Part shown: piece by piece, positions 57,311-64,000 of the stretch | Layout of the letters: each line of letters begins with the position of its first letter | Position numbering within the stretch: position 1 is the stretch's first letter | Assembly: GCF_009914755.1 (NCBI RefSeq) | Contig: NC_060947.1 | DNA from: the human T2T-CHM13v2.0 reference genome, Homo sapiens | Direction: 5' to 3' (one strand) | DNA: 64,000 nt | The notes under the pieces: model-generated | Database searches by the model: none | What the model saw: the letters and a program-made list of their open reading frames with translations, nothing else | What the model was told of the DNA's origin: nothing | Position numbers and translations under genes: made by a program

Positions 57311-59086
57311 TTATTTAGAAACGTGGTAGTTGCTAATTGACAGGATCTTGATCTGACAGGATCCAATCTGGGTTCCTTTCATTATACTGCATTCCTTGTT
57401 CAGGTTCTTGTCCTTAAGAGTATCTCTTCACTCCTTTACATAGAATTTACTAACAGCCTGTTGTGTGCCAGGCATTGTCCTAGACACTAAAACCCAAAGA
57501 TAAATAAGATATGGTCTCTGCCTTTAGGGGATCCATGGTCTAGTAGAGAGATGAGATGCATTAACAATGATAATACAGCATGTATAGTGCTATAGTAGAG
57601 ACACATACAAAATATTATGGGAACCCAGAACTCATCTTGGGTGTAGGTAGGAGGTGGTGGGAGAAGGCTTTTCAAAGGAGATGACTGGACAGGGATTTCA
57701 GTAATGAGTAAAGGTCCACTAAACAAAAGTGCAACTTATCCAGAAATACTCACAGAGCTGAAACATCTGAACATTATCTTGAAAGGTGGATTGTAATTTA
57801 TCAAGTGGACAAGTTGAAGAAGGACTAGAGAGAAAGTCAAGGGCCAGATAATAATTCAGGGTCTTCTGTATTGGAGGAGTTGATGGTGACAAATTGGGAA
57901 GGGGGAAGAGAAAAGAAGGAGTGAAGCAAATAACTTCTTTATTTTCTGCTTGGATGATTGTGTTGGTAGTTATGCTAAAGTCTCCTAGGTTATCAAAGTT
58001 ACAGTATTGAGTCTTTCAGAAGGAGTACAGGTCTCTTCCTCAAATTTGTTTTGAGTTGAGTGTCCTGACACTAGACAGGTGATTACTAAATAACTAGGTG
58101 CCTCACTTACACTTGATGGAGATAGATTTTCTTTTAAGTGAACCAAGTTCATGGAATTTCACTTTTCTAATAGGAACATTTCTCTTTTGCTAAGGCAAAA
58201 ATGGGTCAAGTGCTGAGACACATGGCTCTGAAGGGCCATCAAATGAGATCCACAGCTGGGCCCTTAGCCCCTCATAAAGGCCATTTCTGCCTATTTAAAG
58301 CCTCCTCTAGGCTTGATCAAAATCAAAACCATTTCAAAATGTAATAAATTATTACATTTTGTGCTGAATTGCTACTTCTCAAAATCTCTTACATAGAACA
58401 GGATGTTTGAGAATTGAGTTTGTTGGAAGTTTTGTAAAACATTTTGTGCTTTGTAAAACAGAAATGAAAATATTACAGGACAGATATATTAGAGATATAT
58501 CTTTTTAATGACAAAAGTCTTTTGTACTGTCTTTAAATACTTGTTTACTGTTAATCAACTATTTGAGAGAAAGGGAGGGGAAGCAAAAGTGAAATTTCAG
58601 TGTGAAATTTGTGTTTCACAATTTGTCTCAGAAACTAAATTGTAATGTTTTTTAAGCAATCATAATGGATTTGTGGCATTTATGAAATGATCACAAAAGT
58701 CATCAGGAATATGATAACCAATTCTCAAAGTTTGTTATTTTGTTCAGAGTTAAGTTTTTTTGTTTTGTTAAGAATTATTGATGAAGTCACTTAGCTTTAT
58801 TAAGGAAGTGAAAAGAAAATTTATGTCAGTCTTTATTTGTTTTTGAATATGTAATACCCACACCCAGTAGAAGATCCAAACAATAAAAATATGTACATTG
58901 AAAAAATCTCCTTTCTGCCTCCAACTCCTTACCTAGATATAATCATTTTTTTCAGTTTCATGGATATCCTTCCATAAATATTCTGTTGGATGTAATAGTG
59001 ATTCTAAAAGTGTAGCCCAAGGACTCCTAGGGCCTCAAAGACCTTTTCATGGGTTCTACAAGTTCAAAGCTATTTTCCTAATAATA

Positions 59087-59339
59087 CAGTTGACCCTCAA
59101 AAAACACAATTTTGAACTGCACAGGTCCAGGTACATATGGATTTTTTTCAACCAAACATGAATAGAAAATACAGTATTAGTGGAATATGAAACTCACTTA
59201 TATGGAGCACCAACTTTTCTAATAAGCTGGTTCCTCAGGGCTAACTGTGGGACTTGAATATGTGTGGATTTTGGCATATGCAGGGCGAGATAGGGGACAG
59301 TCCTGGAATGAATTCCCTGCATATACTGAGGGACAACTG
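59087..59339. mobile_element. MER8 (Tigger family MITE)
   Basis: Terminal inverted repeats CAGTTGACCCTC / GAGGGACAACTG with TA TSDs. Confidence 0.85.
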
Positions 59340-59568
59340 TACTAATGAAATTAATAATGATATTAATATATATGATGTTTTGATATTGAGGTATCATAAA
59401 ATGTATCAACATTTAGAACATCCATATAACTCAATGAAGTAGTATTTTCCAGATAACCAATGTATGTTGTTATGAAATTATGCATGTATAAAAGATCCAT
59501 TCAAAGAGCAATATGGGTCAGTGGATTTTAATGTAGCAAGGTATACAAAGTTAATTGATATGATTTCA

Positions 59569-59601
59569 CACTTGGTCTTAGCCAAAAGGCCAAGATGCAA
59601 T
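59569..59601 (-). pseudogene. 3'-truncated U2 snRNA retropseudogene (nt 1-33/34)
   Basis: Minus strand ATTGCATCTTGGCCTTTTGGCTAAGACCAAGTG versus U2 ATCGCTTCTCGGCCTTTTGGCTAAGATCAAGTG (29/33); perfect 16-bp TSD AATTGATATGATTTCA. Confidence 0.92.
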
Positions 59602-60097
59602 AATTGATATGATTTCAGATTCCACACTTCAGCTAATCCTTAAGAAACTGCCACTTGTTGTGTTTGGTATAGTATCGAAGAAGATCATCCACACTTTTTT
59701 GAAAAGGCTGTTAAAATACTTCCTTATTTTCCGACTACTTATCTTTGTGGGACTAGATTTTCTTCATATATTTCAAATAAAATGATATATCACAACAGGT
59801 TGAATGTAGAATCAGATATGATAATTTAGTTGTCTTCTGATAAGCCAGGCATTAAACAGATTTTCAAAAATATAAAAACAATAACACTCTTCTCATGGCC
59901 TTTTTGCTTTTGCAAAATATAGTTTCTGTGATAAATATGTTATGTAATAAAATCATATAATTATAATTCATTATTTTAAGTAAATTATTAAATATTTTAA
60001 ATCCCTCAGTTTTAATTTTTAATATAGTAAATACATAACCTATATAAACAAAAGCTTCTTAGTATTCTCTTTAATTTTTAAGAGTGAAAGCAGTCCT

Positions 60098-60950
<853 letters not shown>

Positions 60951-62779
60951 ACTTCTTTAAAGAGAACCCTCGCACCTTGGTACAGATAATCTTTCAATTT
61001 CTAAATATAATTCTGAAAAAAAAATAATGTGAACCTTCAACTTTGAATGGAATGACCTTGAGCTAAGTCCCTCAAGCTCTAAGGACCCTTTAAGCTGTGA
61101 CATTAAGTCTCAAAACAATAACAGATACATTTGAGCTATACAAGAAGTTAGCTTAGCATGTTTACAACATAGTAATTGAATTGTTTGTAATATGATTTAA
61201 CTAAAAGCAGAAAGTTGAGCAAAAGCAATTTGCAAACAATAGATGATAATGTAATAAGAAACATTTATTTCTATATGTAAATGATGTGCTGTTTCCTTTA
61301 CCTGTCCTTTGTGAAAAACAATGAGGAACGTTATTTCTGTATCTGTCACCATTTCCCACAGTTCAGTGGACAAAGTTCCTCAAGATCTTCCAGTTTCCAT
61401 TTACTAGAGCTCTGCTTTTTTTGGAGCTGAGGCAAGGGGAAATTTCCTTATACTTTTATCAAAAACCTTGAGGTTAATAATCGGAGTGATTTCAGAAATA
61501 AGCCTGTTCTGTAAGAGAATGGGAGTGTATTAGAGTTACTATCATGCTTAATATAATGGGACTTCCCATTCAACATAGATGTGAAGATTTTATAAAAATA
61601 GCCACAGCCACAGAATTGACATTTGTGTTTTGAGTCCCTTGTTGCAATTTAGTCAGCAGAGAAAAATACAACAAATGAAATTTTAAGGGTAGAGGAAGAG
61701 TCACAGCAACACATAAGATGGTCAGGGAAGAGCACTGCCTTTCATGGTCTGTTTGCTGTGGAACCTCCCATAACTAATTTCTGAAAAGTAAGCCAAATGA
61801 AAAAGTAAATGGTTTAACCTTTGTCTCTGGTTGACCTGTTTAGCTGACTGTGTTTGATGACTGGGAAAATTTTATTTATTTGAATACAATAGTGGAGAAG
61901 AGTGAATTGATTAATCAGTAAATCAATCAGATTTTACTAAGTGCGTACTATGTACTCAACCCTATGTTAGATGTTGTATAAGATGTAATACCTTTTTCCA
62001 GGGAAAGAACATGCAGTGGTAAGTAGTTGTTGAGCACATTTCAGGCACTATTCTAGGTCCTTTACACATGTTATTGCATGTAATGTTCACAGTAACCTTG
62101 TGAAGAAGGTGTAGAGTCAGTACTGTTATTCACACTTAAGGTCAAACACCCTATAGTTCTGTGTGTGGGTGTTGACATGATTCAGAGTGAAGCCAAGTAA
62201 TTAGCAGCAGATACCTCATGGGGTAGATGGGCTAGAGTAGGTATTTTTCGATTGGTGAAGAAAAAGAAAAATTGGTCAAGACAAAGGCAACAATATGAGC
62301 TCATTATAGAGGAAGGGATAAGCAGTATATGTTTGTAGAATTAATCTAACAAGAACAAGTGTGTTAAGGAGTTTTGGAAAATGAGATTGGATAGGAAGGG
62401 TGAAGCTAAGTTATGAAGGACCTTGAAAGCCAGGACATATAATTTGGGCATTTTGGACTAGGCAGTACGGAACCATGAAAGGTTTCTGAGCAGAAAAGGA
62501 GTAACATATGGAAAATGTTTGTAGGCAGATTACTCTGGAAGTGGTAAATTTGGTGGCAGGGTGACTAGACCTGAGATTATTGAAATAGTTTGATGTGAGG
62601 TAGGTGAGTATCTTTTTAAATAAAAGCATTTAAAAGAAACAGGCTACTAAAAGCATACTTTCTCTAGGCTTTGAATTATTTGCTTTGGGTCGAATTGATT
62701 AGCTCTTGGTAGATGATTAGACAGGTGTAAAGTGAATCCTGTGACCTAGACATCCCAATCACTTAGACTAAATCTACGG

Positions 62780-63040
62780 CAATATTTTTCAAGCCATGAG
62801 TTACATGACCCATTAGTAGGTTATAAATCAGTGTTGAAATTTGCAAATAGTGTTTTTTAAGTGAAATAGAAAATTGAATAGAGTAGAAACTTTCAATGTG
62901 CCTATAGAGTGATAAGAAAAAGTGTGTTTGTGAAAAATTATTTCAGTCATTTGTGTTACATCTGTGCATACATGCACATTGGCTCATGATATAAAATATA
63001 TTTATTACTATGGCTTGTGGTAAAAAAAATAAGTCTCTGA
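62780..63040. mobile_element. hAT-Charlie-type MITE fossil
   Basis: TTTTTCAAG...TGACCCATTAGT terminal motif; family not resolved. Confidence 0.4.
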
Positions 63041-64000
63041 TCTAGAGTATAGCACTGAATTACTTAATCCTTTTTCCTGCCATGTAAATTGTCAAAGCTT
63101 GCATGATTGATTTGAACATTAAGATAAAAACCCCACCACCTAGTTCAGGATGTCTTTACCTTTTTCCTGGCCCATTTCTAACCACCCAAAGTGATCTGTT
63201 TACCTTCAGTCTTTCCATACCAATTCATCTTATACCCAGCTGCCAGATCAGTCTTTCTAAGAGTATTTCTCACATCATGTCATTACCTTTGTCCAGAAAA
63301 TACACTGGTCCTCAATCCATTTATTTAATATTAATTTAGCAAATCTCAGTTAAGCACCTAAGAAATGAAGTCCACAATCTTTGTTTAGTCACATATGAAA
63401 ATTCCTTTTAATTCTTACCTCAAACTGTATTTCCAACTATGTTAGCACCACAGAGACCCCATAGATCAGCTTAATTGTACTACTTACTCTTCCTAGAATA
63501 TATGCATTTTTCACTCTACTATACCTTTGTTCATGCTAATCCCCACTTATTGCCCTTGTCATCCTTTAAGGCCATGACTTTTATAATCATCTCAGCTGGA
63601 CATAATTAGTTCCTCCTCTGGACCCACATAATACTTTTTGTCATTCATGTGAGACTCATCACATTCTGTCTTGCATTATATTAGTTGGGTTTATTCCCTT
63701 TTCTAGATTATAAACTCTTGAGAGTAAGGGTCACTTCTTGTTTATGCCTGCAATGTTAACAGTGCTTTGCAAAAGGTAGATGGTCACTATGCAGCTGCCA
63801 AATCAGTGAAAATGCTGAATTCATGACACAGTTCTGTCTTTTTCTTTCATTTAAGCAGAATGACATTATATAGTTCAGCAAACAATTTTCCCAATATTTT
63901 TCTTAGTATGACTGACAGCATTAGACAGAATGGAACAGAGCAAAGAGCACTGGGCTAGGAATCAGAAGACGTTGACACTAGTCTTGGCTCTGTCACCAAA

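Overview
This is AT-rich primate (almost certainly human) genomic DNA from inside IL1RAPL2 (X-linked interleukin-1 receptor accessory protein-like 2), transcribed on the + strand. Only two coding exons are present: 1084-1270 (187 nt) and 34656-34809 (154 nt), separated by a 33.4-kb GT-AG intron that splits one Ig domain. The rest is intron packed with transposable elements: an antisense two-LTR MER57-type ERV1 provirus with tRNA-Leu PBS, PPT, integrase and env remnants; a full-length ~7.9-kb old L1 (L1PA13-15-like) with ~270-bp 5'UTR tandem units; several truncated L1s; 12 Alus; THE1, MER39B, MER66-like and LTR33-like LTRs; Tigger/Charlie DNA transposons; and many MIR/L2 fossils. I found no new gene or new biological system. 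The most unusual signals are retrotransposition/repair scars: a multi-template patch inside the full-length L1, a twin-primed L1PA2 with a very large gap, an Alu/inverted-L1 junction suggesting a deletion, a 44-bp tailless L1 fragment between direct repeats, and a tailless U2 snRNA retrocopy. A few candidate regulatory motifs are also noted. Repeat subfamily names come from recalled consensus sequences and were not checked by a database search.
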